DNA of 63,908 bases, counting the filler, from Welwitschia mirabilis (taxonomy: Eukaryota): NCBI GenBank assembly GCA_051453625.1. It is 5 parts of one record of this genome, joined end to end, with 100 filler letters (N's around TTAATTAATTAA, not from the genome) between each part and the next. Parts side by side here need not be neighbours in the genome. Positions count along the whole stretch, not along the records: positions 51,873 to 63,908 come from JBOZIK010000001.1; 4 more parts are not named here. The stretch is one strand, 5' to 3'. The first letter of the stretch is position 1, and every line of letters begins with the position of its first letter. Shown here one piece after another: positions 51,873-63,908 of the stretch. The translations under genes were made by a program, and so were the position numbers. Under the pieces are notes generated by a model. It saw only the letters and a program-made list of their open reading frames with translations. It did no database searches and was not told the origin of the DNA.

Positions 51873-54800
51873 ATGAGAAGGATCTTTATCTTGCCATTAT
51901 CTAACTTCTTTCTTAACTCATTTCTTAGGTAGACATCATGTCATCATTTGAATATCTTTAACTTTGGTATTTTAAATGATAAGATTGGATTCATCCAATC
52001 TTTAGACATTTGTATGTTTATGAACTTCATTTTGAAGGAAGATGCCTTGGGTCTTTTATTCTCTTTCAATGCTATGAGAAATTAGTTGTTTTTTCATGTT
52101 TTTATTTGTTACCCATCTCAATTCTTCACTTTTATCATTACAAGTACTTGGTCATGTGGAATGTTCACTACCAAAAAGAGGGAGGGAAGGTGGAAAGAGA
52201 GAGGGGAGGAGGAGAAAGGGAGAGAGGGGGAAGGAGGGGAATATTTCATATTTTAGCTAAAACCATGGTCATCATGATGTCATAGTACAAGTGCATGGGG
52301 GCAAATTTTCTTGAAAGGGGCCTTTGGCAGTGTGATATGATACCTATAAAAACTCCACTGGGGGGTTAGTTGGCCATTCTGTATAGGTTCTTACTCCTCT
52401 AATAGTTGTTACACTCCATCATGATAAAATAAAATTCAACGTAGAGGGTCGATATCAGTAATGTCCCTAGTATCATTAGAGGCATTGCTTATTTTTTAAA
52501 CTCATTTTATAGTACTTCCACATGCTTACTCTATTTTTTTAGATTTTGTGTTATTTTAATATGATAGATTATAAGTTCTTATTTTAACAACTTTTTATCT
52601 TATCATTCATTGTTTAATAACATTAGACATACTTGACATCATCATAATCATTATATATTTGAGTGGTGTTTTATGATTTTTTATATATAGTCATGCATCT
52701 TTCATCAAGTAATTTTATGATTGTTATTAATGGAATTTGTTAGGTTAGAATTTAGAGTAAATAAGCAATAATATTTATGTTCCTTGTTGCTCATTTTCAT
52801 TTTGTTTTCTTTGGTTGTTTTATTAAATCTTTCAAAGTCATTTTTCATACTTTTTCAAGCATAATATTATGGATCTAATCATTTTGTAGTTTCATATTGA
52901 TTTTTACTTCCAGTTCTATAATGGATTATTATTTCTTTTTGCAGGTAGCCTTGAGATGTTTGAGTTCTCGTTCTTCTTTTTTTAAGCTTACTAAATTTGA
53001 GCACATTTAAGGAGTTCTTCTGAGTATTGCTTCTTAATGCATTTTTATGCTATATCACACCCTTTTTCCATGAGTTTATTTCCATCATAATCATGTTTTT
53101 AAGGATATTTCTTTACTCTTTATCTTATTTTCTACTTTTGTATTGTTTTTCATGTGCTTTCTTGTTTTCAAAATTTTTTTTTGGTCTTTCTNNNNNNNNN
53201 NNNNNNNNNNNNNNNNNNNNNNNNNNNNNNNNNNNNNNNNNNNNNNNNNNNNNNNNNNNNNNNNNNNNNNNNNNNNNNNNNNNNNNNNNNNNNNNNNNNN
53301 NNNNNNNNNNNNNNNNNNNNNNNNNNNNNNNNNNNNNNNNNNNNNNNNNNNNNNNNNNNNNNNNNNNNNNNNNNNNNNNNNNNNNNNNNNNNNNNNNNNN
53401 NNNNNNNNNNNNNNNNNNNNNNNNNNNNNNNNNNNNNNNNNNNNNNNNNNNNNNNNNNNNNNNNNNNNNNNNNNNNNNNNNNNNNNNNNNNNNNNNNNNN
53501 NNNNNNNNNNNNNNNNNNNNNNNNNNNNNNNNNNNNNNNNNNNNNNNNNNNNNNNNNNNNNNNNNNNNNNNATATCACTATCTCACATTATGCATATACA
53601 TTATCATTTTTTTTAGCTATTATTATTACATTTTATGATTTTTATATGTGTATGACATTCATTCGTTCTATGGTGATGTGCTTAAGTATGAGTCTTATGA
53701 ATATGTCAATATGTGAATTAGTTAATTGGTTTTTGATATCTATTCCTAGATGATTAAATTAAACTAAATTTATATTTTTCTAGTTGCTATTTATCTTAGT
53801 CAAATTGGTTTACAATATAGTTGATAATTCACTTTGTCAAGAACTAACAAGGCTAAGTAGAAGACCATGTTGCAATATTAATTTGTAGATATTTGATGGT
53901 GTATTTTTAGTTCTTTTATAGAAATTTTATAGGTGTTTAAATGCAATGCTAATGATTANNNNNNNNNNNNNNNNNNNNNNNNNNNNNNNNNNNNNNNNNN
54001 NNNNNNNNNNNNNNNNNNNNNNNNNNNNNNNNNNNNNNNNNNNNNNNNNNNNNNNNNNNNNNNNNNNNNNNNNNNNNNNNNNTAATATTGAAGATAAATA
54101 AGTCTATTGTCTCCTCTATTATCCACATGACAGGGAGGATGATAGCACTATAGACATGGATGGAGTATGTCAAGTTGACTACAAGGCCTAAATCTAATGG
54201 ACCACCTTTTGATGTGAAGTGACATCCCCATTGTCATCCCCACAATAGTTAGGATAATAGCTATTTTCTATGATAAAACGATTTATCTTTGTAATGGGGT
54301 CATGTGACCCATTTGGACTATGAGGGTTTCTTCTCTAACTTCTAAGGTTGAGCTTCTAGAACTTCAATGTAAAACTATAAATACCCTCCCTTTTCTTCAC
54401 TCATTTTCCATCTTTTAAACTTAATGTTCAAAAGACAGAAGATTGAAGAACAAGAAATCCATTCAGTAGCTACAGAGAGAAGTTTACCTTGGTTTTAGCT
54501 AAGTATCCTCCATTGAGGTATTGCTGCTTTATTGTAAGTGTATGTAAAAGTTCATGATTAATTCAATGATTTTTTTTTTCACTATAATTTTGTAAATGTC
54601 CCTTATTATTTAAGTTAATTATAGTTAAGTGATAGTTCTATAGTTTATTTAGATCATAAAGGCAACCTTTANNNNNNNNNNNNNNNNNNNNNNNNNNNNN
54701 NNNNNNNNNNNNNNNNNNNNNNNNNNNNNNNNNNNNNNNNNNNNNNNNNNNNNNNNNNNNNNNNNNNNNNNCCTCTGTTATCCACATGACAGGGAGAATG

Positions 54801-56419
54801 ATAGTACTACAGACATGGATGGAATATCTAAGTTGATTGCAGGGCCTAAAGCTGATGGGCCACCTTTTGATGTGAATTGACATCCCCATTATCATCCCCA
54901 CAATAGTTAGGATGATAGCTATTTCTATGATGAAACGATTTATCTTTGTAATGGGGTCATGTAACCCATTTGGGCTATGAGGTTTCTTCTCTACCTTCTA
55001 AGTTGAGCTACTAGAACTTAAATGTGAAACTATAAATACCCTCCTTTTTCTTCACTTCTTTTCCATATTTTTAACTTAATTTTCTTCTGATAGAAGATTG
55101 AAGAACAATATATCCATTCAGTAGCTACAGAGAGAAGTTTACCTTGGTGTTTGACTAAGTATCCTCCATTGAGGTGCTGCTAATTTATTGTAAGTAGATG
55201 TAAAAGTTCATGATTAATTCAATGATTCTTTTCACTATAATTGTGTAAATGTCCCTTATGGTTTAAGTTTAATTATAGTTAAGTGATAGTTCTATAGTTA
55301 TTTAGATCATAAGGGCAACCTTTCTTAAGGTTGATTCTTTTAGTATTAGATTTGTATTGCTATTTTATTTCAATTCCATATTGCATTAACCATATTATGC
55401 TTTGGCAATTCCTATAGTTTATGTTATCTAGGAATAAGTAATAGAACTCTTTCTAGTTGATTATGTTAAATAGTTCTTATGATAAGAGGACTAGAGTCCA
55501 AATAGAAATCATCTCATTTTCATTCTATCCATTACATTTTCACCTTCATTCATCATTGCATTGTATTTTCACATTTTTTTAATTTCCTTTATTAAAATAT
55601 AAAAGACCAAAAATACTCTTGAAAATAAATTCTATAAATCTAAGCCTAGTTCCTTCAATGGATTATGACATTCGTGTTGACTCCTGTCTATATTAGTATG
55701 TGTTTTTTTATAAGTATTGTGATTTACAGGTTTTGCTTAAGGACTAACAGATTACATGAATTCACGCCACAATACTATAAATTTCTCCTTTTTCTATCTT
55801 TAGAGATTTTCATGCGAAGTATTTATTTTTATGGTTTCAAGTACTTCATTGCAANNNNNNNNNNNNNNNNNNNNNNNNNNNNNNNNNNNNNNNNNNNNNN
55901 NNNNNNNNNNNNNNNNNNNNNNNNNNNNNNNNNNNNTAGGAATAAGTAATAGGACTCTTCCTAGTTGATTATGTTATAAATAAATAGTTCTTATGACAAG
56001 AGGACTAGAGTCCAAATAGAAATCATCTCATTTTTATTCTATCCATTGCATTTTCACCTTTATTCATCATTGCATTATATTTTCACATTTGTTTAATTTC
56101 CTTTATTAAAAGATAAAAGATCAAAAATACTCTTGGAAATCAATTCTCTAAATCTAAGCCTTATTCCTTCAATGGATTATGGCATTTATGTTGACTCTTG
56201 TCTATATTAGTGTGTGTTTTTTTTACAAGTATTATGATTTATAAATTTTGCCTATGGACTAATAGATTTCATAAATTCACACTGCAATACTATAACTTTC
56301 TCNNNNNNNNNNNNNNNNNNNNNNNNNNNNNNNNNNNNNNNNNNNNNNNNNNNNNNNNNNNNNNNNNNNNNNNNNNNNNNNNNNNNNNNNNNNNNNNNNN
56401 NNAAATTCACACTGCAATA
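51873..56419 (+). mobile_element. Athila-like 3' non-coding region, decayed PPT and 3' LTR (53868-~55774, end duplicated to 56419)
   Basis: 51990-52900 is homologous to 36830-37760. PPT/LTR start ctaagtagaagacca-TGTTG at 53868; TATA-like ctataaatacc near 54375 and 55030; LTR end ...cacgccaCAATA abuts copia RT sequence. Confidence 0.8.
52174..52241. repeat. Polypurine (G/A) tract in Athila-like 3' region
   Basis: aaaaagagggagggaaggtggaaagagagaggggaggaggagaaagggagagagggggaaggaggggga read directly. Confidence 0.8.
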
Positions 56420-58660
56420 CTATAACTTTCTCCTTTTTCTATCTTTAGGATTTTCATGCTAAGTATTTATTTTTATAGTTTCAATACTTCATTGTAAAGT
56501 ATTTATTTAGCTATTCTTTCAACTTATTTATTTTCTTAATATCAAGGCCAACTATTAACATATCATCTATGTAAAATAGAAGGATGATAAAATCATCATT
56601 AAAAATTTCTTCACAAATGCATGATGATTAATAGTGGTCTTCTTATATTCATGCTTTCTCATGAAGAATTCAAACTACTCGTACCATTGTCTTGGTAATT
56701 GTTTAAGTTTATATAAACTCTTTATCAATCTACACATAAGGTTATTTCTACCTTTGAGTTCAAACCCTTCAACTTTATTCATATAGATTTATTCTTATGA
56801 GTTTTAATGATGAGGGAATCTTCATAGTAATTTATTTTATATTTAGGTCCAAACTAGTGGATAATCCTTGAATAACTCTGATAAAAGACATCCTTATTAG
56901 GTGTGAGAATATTTCTTTAAAGTTAATGCCCTTCTTCTAACCAAACTTTTCACAATCAACTATGCCTTATACATTGGTTGTAAGTCATTTTGATCAATAT
57001 TTAAATCTAAGCATCTATTTGTTGTTAAGTGTTTTTTTTCTTTTGGAAATTGCACTAACTCATAGATTACATCTCCTCTTACATATCCTTGAATAATTCT
57101 TCCTTATGCTTATGTGACATGACTTCTTTATAATTCCCTTGCATCTGTGAGTAACATATATTCATTAGAAGAATATATGCTAGAAGGATGATGTTATTTG
57201 ATAGACCTTCTCAATTGAGGCCCTACTGGTGGGTCTAGAGGAGTCTAATTTGAATGTTTTTCTAGTGTAGCATCCTCAATTGTGAGAGCAGTGTTTGTAT
57301 ATTCTTAAGGTTGCATATTCTTCATTATTTTGTACATCACTTCCATGATCGTGTACATGAGGCTCCATGAAGATTAAAAATCCTACTATTAATNNNNNNN
57401 NNNNNNNNNNNNNNNNNNNNNNNNNNNNNNNNNNNNNNNNNNNNNNNNNNNNNNNNNNNNNNNNNNNNNNNNNNNNNNNNNNNNNNNNNNNNNACTTTTA
57501 AATTTTCTTCTTTTTCCAAGTATTCAATAATTTGATGTTCTAATACTGCAACATCTATAATTCTAATGATTTCCTTCTTCTTAGGATCTCATAAGCTAAA
57601 GCCAAACTTATCATGTCCATAGCTAAGGAAGATATATTGTTTTACCTGCTCATCAAGGTTGAACATTTCATTCCCAGGAATGTAAACAAATGCCCTATAG
57701 TCAAAAAAATTTAAATAATTAATATACATCTTTCCCTATCCAAACTATGTTAGGAACATCACCATAATAAGGTTTAAAAGGGGAAAGGTTAACAAAACCC
57801 ATAACTATCCTTATTACCTCATCCCAAAAACACTTAGGCAGCTTTGCATGAGAGACCATACATATAATTTTGTCACAGATGGTTTTATTCATTCTCTTAA
57901 CTACACTATTATGTTTTGCAGTCTTGTCTTTACAATTCCAATCTTATGAAATTTATAATACTTCTTATAGGGTCCTCTAAACTCACCGCTAGTATCTACT
58001 TTCATACATTTTAATTTCCTTCTAGTTTACCTTTAACATGAAATTTCTTAAATGCATCACATACGTGGTCTTTACTTTATAAGATAAAGACCCATGCCTT
58101 TCTAGAGTGATCATCTATAAATGTCACAAAATACAATGGCCCATTAAGTTTTTTATCTCTCACAAAACATATATTTATATGAATCAACTCCAAAACATTA
58201 TTTTTCTTACATGGAAGAAATGTATAAAAAGGAACTCTGTGTTGCTTTCTAGATAAACAATAAGCAGAAGGCCTTGAATTAAATATGTTTCTTTCATTTT
58301 ATGTAGGATCCTCTTCTTAGAAAAAACTTATAAAATCTTTTTACTCAAATAACTAAGTCTTTTGTGTCATAGTTTAGTGGAACATTCTTATTCTACTGTA
58401 TTTGTAAATCCTTTTGTAAGTTTACCTTGAGTGAAGTAGAGAGAGCTTTTCTTCTTCCCTTTGGCCAATACTAGAGAGCCCTTTGTGAGTTCCATCTTTC
58501 ATCACCCAAGTGACTATGATATTCTTATGCTCATATAGGCTCTCTAACTTTATCTAGAGTTGATAAGGATTCCTCTCCTATACTATTTTATGAATACTAT
58601 TTAGCTTGATTCATTGCCTAATTAAACCAGCTACTTTCCTATTAATTCTCTTATAGTATG
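56420..58660 (-). mobile_element. Tork/Tnt1-like copia copy B (gag remnant, INT, RT; RT interrupted by the Athila-like LTR)
   Basis: Collinear with 42846-44760. The minus strand carries the RT motifs SLYKLKQLPRQWYE (~56720-56680) and FIILLFYIDDMLIVG (~56600-56545). Confidence 0.9.
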
Positions 58661-61600
58661 TGGAATTGACTATTGTAGTGAAGGATAAACTTTCTTGTTC
58701 ATGTCCTAGTTATAAAAGAAATTTCTTCATCCAGAATAACTCATTACTAGTCTTAGTAATTGCAGCATAATCTACCTTCATGGTAGATAATGTAATGTAT
58801 TTTTGTAGCCTTTACTATCATAATATAGATCACCCTGCAAAGGTGATCAAGTATCCTAATGGAAACTTTCTGGAATCAATATATTTGGTTATATATTCAT
58901 TGGCGTATCTAGTAAGGATACGTTTATCTTAACCAAAATATGAACATAACTTTGAAGCACCTCTAAGGTATCTAAAGATCCATTTTACTGCCTCCCAATG
59001 TTCTTTACCAAGATTTTTGAGAAACTAATACACCACTCAAATAGCATGATTAATGTCTAGTCTTGGCATACTATAGCATACATTAAGCTACTATTTGATA
59101 ATGCATAAAGAATTTTATTGATTTATTCCTTTTATTTTTCACTTAAAGGTATTTTATCTAAGATGAGATTGAAGTGGCTTACAAGTTGAGAAGCTTCGCT
59201 TGTTAAATCTTTTATTCATTTTCTTAATGTACCTTTCTTGACATAGCCATAACTTTCTCCTTTTATTATCTTTAGAGATTTTCATGCTAAGTATTTATTC
59301 TATCAATTCCACATNNNNNNNNNNNNNNNNNNNNNNNNNNNNNNNNNNNNNNNNNNNNNNNNNNNNNNNNNNNNNNNNNNNNNNNNNNNNNNNNNNNNNN
59401 NNNNNNNNNNNNNNATAAGGATCCCTCTCTTGTATTATTTGATGAATACTATTTAGCTTAATTCATTGCCTAATTAAACCAACTACTTTCCTATTAATTC
59501 TCTTATAGTATGTGGAATTGACTATTGTAGTAAAGGATAAACTTTCTTGTTCATGTCCTAGTTATAAAAGAAATTTCTTCATATAGAACAACTCATTACT
59601 AGCCTTAGTAATTGCAACATAATCTACCTTCATGGTAGATAATGTGTTGTATTTTTGTAGCCTTGACTACCATAATATAGATCACCCTGCAAAGGTGATT
59701 AAGTATCCTAATGTAAACTTTCTGGAATCAATATATTTGGCCATATATGCATCTGTGTATCTAGTAAGGATAGGTTTATCTTAACCAAAATACAAACATA
59801 AATTTAAAGTACCTCTAAGGTATCTAAGGATTCATTTTACTGCCTCCCAATGTTCTTTGCCAAGATTTTTGAAAAACTAATAAACCACTCAAATAGCATG
59901 AGCAATATCTAGTCTTGACATATTGTAGCATACATGAAGCTACCATTTGCTAATGCATAAAGCATGTTATTGATTTATTCCTTTTCTTTCTCACTTAAAG
60001 GTGTTTTATCTAAGATGAGATTGAAGTGGCTTACAAGTTGATAACATAGTGATCTTGCTTTGCTTGTTAAATCTTTTAGTCATTTCTTAATGTACCTTTC
60101 TTGACATAGCCATAACTTTCTGCTTTTATTATCTTTAGAGATTTTCATGCTAAGTATTTATTCTATCAATTCCACATACTTCATTGTAAAGTATTTATTT
60201 AGCTCTTTTTTTAACTTATTTATTTTCCTAGTATCAAGACCAACTATTAACATATCATCTATGTCAAATAGGAGGATGATAAAATCATCATTTGAAAATT
60301 TCTTCACAAATGCACAATGATTAGAAGTAGTCTTCTTATATCCATGCTCTCTCATGAAGAATTCAAACTACTTATACCATTATCGTGGTGGTTGTTTGAG
60401 TATGTATAAAATCTTCATTAATCTACACATATGGTTCTTCCTATCTTGAGGTTCAAATCCTTCAAGTTCCTTCATATAGATTTCTTCCTATGAGTTTCCA
60501 TGAAAAAAGGCAATCTTCACAGNNNNNNNNNNNNNNNNNNNNNNNNNNNNNNNNNNNNNNNNNNNNNNNNNNNNNNNNNNNNNNNNNNNNNNNNNNNNNN
60601 NNNNNNNNNNNNNNNNNNNNNNNNNNNNNNNNNNNNNNNNNNNNNNNNNNNNNNNNNNNNNNNNNNNNNNNNNNNNNNNNNNNNNNNNNNNNNNNNNNNN
60701 NNNNNNNNNNNNNNNNNNNNNNNNNNNNNNNNNNNNNNNNNNNNNNNNNNNNNNNNNNNNNNNNNNNNNNNNNNNNNNNNNNNNNNNNNNNNNNNNNNNN
60801 NNNNNNNNNNNNNNNNNNNNNNNNNNNNNNNNNNNTAGCTCCTTTTTATCTTTGTAGTTCCCTTGCATGTGTGAGTAACATTTACTCATTAGGAGCATAT
60901 CCGCTAGAAGGATGATGTTTTTTTAATAGATCTTCTTAATTGAGGTTCAACTGGTAAGTCCAGAGGAGTCTAACCTGAATGTTATTCTAGTGTAGCATCC
61001 TCAGTTGTGAGAGTAGTATTTGTATATTCTCAAGGCTGCATCTCCTTCATTATTTTATACATCATTTCCATGATCATGTACATAAGGCTCCATGAAGATT
61101 AAAAATCCTACTGTTAGCAATTTTTAACTTTTCTTCTTTTTCTAAGTCTTCAACAGTTTGATTTTCTAAGAATACAACATCTCTACTTCTAATGATTTTC
61201 TTCTTCTTATAATCCCATAAGCTAGAGTCAAACTCATCATGTCCATAGCTGAGGAAGATACACTGTTTTATCCTCTCATCAAGATTGAACGTTTCATCCT
61301 TGGGAATGTAAACAAATGCCCTACAGTCAAAAAAAATTAAATAATTGAGATACATCTTTCCCTATTCAAACTGTGTCAGGAACATTACCATCATAAGGTT
61401 TAAAAGGGGAAAGGTTAATCAAACTCACAATTATCCTCATTACCTCATCCCAAGAAGCCTTAGGCATCTTTGCATGAGAGACCATACATACAATTATTTT
61501 ATTCATTCTCTCAACCACACTATTGTGTTGTGGAGTCTTGTCTTCACAGTCCTAGTCTAATGAAATTTGTAATACTTCTTAGAGGGTCTTCTAAACTCAT

Positions 61601-63700
61601 CACCAATATCTGCTTTTACACATCTTAATTTCCTTCTAGTTTGCCTTTCTACTTTAACATGAAATTTCTTAAATCCATGAAGTACTTGATCTTTACTTTA
61701 CAAGGCAAAGACCCACACCTTTATAGAGTGATAATTAATAAATGTCACAAAATACAATGCCCCACCAGGTTTTTTATCTCTCACAAAACATGTATTTGTA
61801 TGAATCGACTCCAAAACATTATTTTTCTTGGATGGAAGAAATGTATAAAAAGAAACTCTATATTGCTCTTTAGCTAAACAATAAGCACAAGGCCTTGAAT
61901 TAAATATGTATCTTTTATTTTATGTAGGAGATACTTTTTGACAAGAACTTACAAAATCTTTTTATTCAAGTAACTGAGTCTTCTGTGACATAGTTTAGTA
62001 GAACATTCTTATTCTATTGTATTTGTAAATCCTTTTGTAAGTTTACCTTGAGTGAAGTAGAGGGAGCTTTTCTTCTTCCCTTTGGCCAATACTAGATAGC
62101 CCTTTGTGAGNNNNNNNNNNNNNNNNNNNNNNNNNNNNNNNNNNNNNNNNNNNNNNNNNNNNNNNNNNNNNNNNNNNNNNNNNNNNNNNNNNNNNNNNNN
62201 NNNNNNNNNNCAATCTTGAACCTTTCATGCTTGGGAATGTAAACAAATGCCCTACAGTCAAAAAAATTTAAATAATTGAGATACATCTTTCCCTATCCAA
62301 ATTGTGTCAGAAACATTACCATCATAAGGTTTAAAAGGGGAAAGGTTAATTAAACTGACAACTATCCTCATTACCTCATCCCAAGAAGCCTTAGGCATCT
62401 TTGCATGAGAGACCATACATACAATGGTTTATGCATTCTCTCAACCACACTATTGTGTTATGGAGTCTTGTCTTTAGAATCCTAGTCTAATGAAATTTGT
62501 AATACTCCCTAGAGGGTCCTCTTAACTCATCACCAATATCTGCTTTTACACATTTTAATTTCCTTCTAGTTTGCCTTTCTACTTTAACATGAAATTTCTT
62601 AAATCCATCAAGTACTCGATCTTACTTTACAAGGCTAAGACCCACACCTTTATAGAGTGATAATCAATAAATGTTACAAAATACAATGCCCCACCAAGTT
62701 TTTTATCTCTCACGAAACATGTATTTGTACGAATCAACTCCAAAACATTATTTTTCTTGGATGGAGGAAATGTATAAAAAGAAACTCTATATTGCTCTTT
62801 AGCTAAACAGTAAGCACAAGGCCTTGAATTAAATATGTATCTTTTATTTTATGTAGGAGCTCCTTCTTAGCAAGAACTTACAAAATCTTTTTACTCAAGT
62901 AACTGAGTCTTCTATGCCATAGTTTAGTAGAAAATTCTTATTCTATTGTATTTGTAAATCCTTTTGTAAGTTTACCTTGAGTGAAGTAGAGGGACCTTTT
63001 CTTCTTCCCTTTGGCCAATACTAGAGAGCCCTTTGTGAGTTTCCATCCTCCATCACCCAAGCGACTATGATACTCTTATGCTTATATAGGCTCTGCAGCT
63101 TTATCCAGAGTTGATAAGGATCCCTCTCATGTATTATCTGATGAATACTATTCAGCTTAATCCATTGCCTAATTAAACTAGATACTTTCAAATAAATCTT
63201 TACAATATAGTAAATCTTCCATCATTGTCTTCTATATTGAGTAATTTGACGATGTATGCTTAATCATGAAGCTAGAACATGTTTTCATTTTAATTTCAGA
63301 AAAATAATTGTTAGCTGGCTTACCTTGTATTCTTAGACTAAAAAACTTCCTCTTATGATTTCTTCTCTATTAGGCAGAAAGCTAGTTAAACCTAACAAAC
63401 AAAAACAGCAACAAAGACTTTTCCTCTTTTCCTCTTTCTTTTACTCTCCCCNNNNNNNNNNNNNNNNNNNNNNNNNNNNNNNNNNNNNNNNNNNNNNNNN
63501 NNNNNNNNNNNNNNNNNNNNNNNNNNNNNNNNNNNNNNNNNNNNNNNNNNNCAACAAAGACTTTTCCTCATTTCCTCTTTCTTTTCCTTTCCCCTTTTTC
63601 TTTTCTTTCTTTATCTCTCACTCCCTTTCTTTAAATATACATAAAAGATATATATATATATGTGTGTGTGTGTGAAACATTAAAATTATACCCAAACTTT
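58661..63700 (-). mobile_element. Tork/Tnt1-like copia copy C (truncated gag, INT, RT, partial RH)
   Basis: ORF 60158..60355 DDFIILLFDIDDMLIVG (RT); VKIAFFHG (~60500); ORF 61074..61355 (INT C-terminus); gag MIKHTSSNYSI*KTMMEDLLYCKDLF (~63265-63190). Inflated by gap-flanking duplications. Confidence 0.9.
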
Positions 63701-63908
63701 ATATGATAGCTTTTATCATATTACTAAATGAAGTGGTCAGAAGCCACATGGAGGAATAGAGAATAAGAAACAAAGACACGCAGATGACAGTGTACTATCG
63801 CGTGGTAACGGATAGAGGATTTTGCTGTGAGACTGAGGTCTTTGCTAGAAACGACTGCTCTTTTTACAAATGAATTCCCATCAATAATCCGAAGCGTCTT
63901 GCTTCTTC

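Noticed and set aside
28518..53753. Long ORFs composed mostly of X
   Set aside because: They are artefacts of translating through N gaps.

Overview
AT-rich, gappy plant nuclear DNA. It consists of five scaffold pieces (1-12147, 12248-17128, 17229-46450, 46551-51772, 51873-63908) joined by an artificial 100-bp linker, N44-TTAATTAATTAA-N44. Piece 1 holds four internal exons of a TPLATE/TSET-complex WD40 gene (TWD40-2/TTRAY2-like, + strand). The fourth exon is not in the ORF track, lies after a 9.1-kb TE-containing intron and is cut by the scaffold end. The remaining ~52 kb is nested, heavily C>T/G>A-decayed LTR retrotransposons: at least four Athila-like Ty3/gypsy segments (one near-complete, with an env-like extra ORF) and several Ty1/copia elements. 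Three Tork/Tnt1-like copia copies share one deletion that removes most of gag and the protease, and two of them are fused head-to-tail with no LTR between them. Sequence is duplicated across many N gaps, probably as an assembly artefact. I found no RNA genes, CRISPR arrays or intact TE ORFs, and no convincing new biological system. The best leads are the deletion-derivative copia family, an exon-like segment beside it, and a recurring quasi-palindromic motif in the Athila-like elements. Family assignments come from remembered motifs, not database searches.
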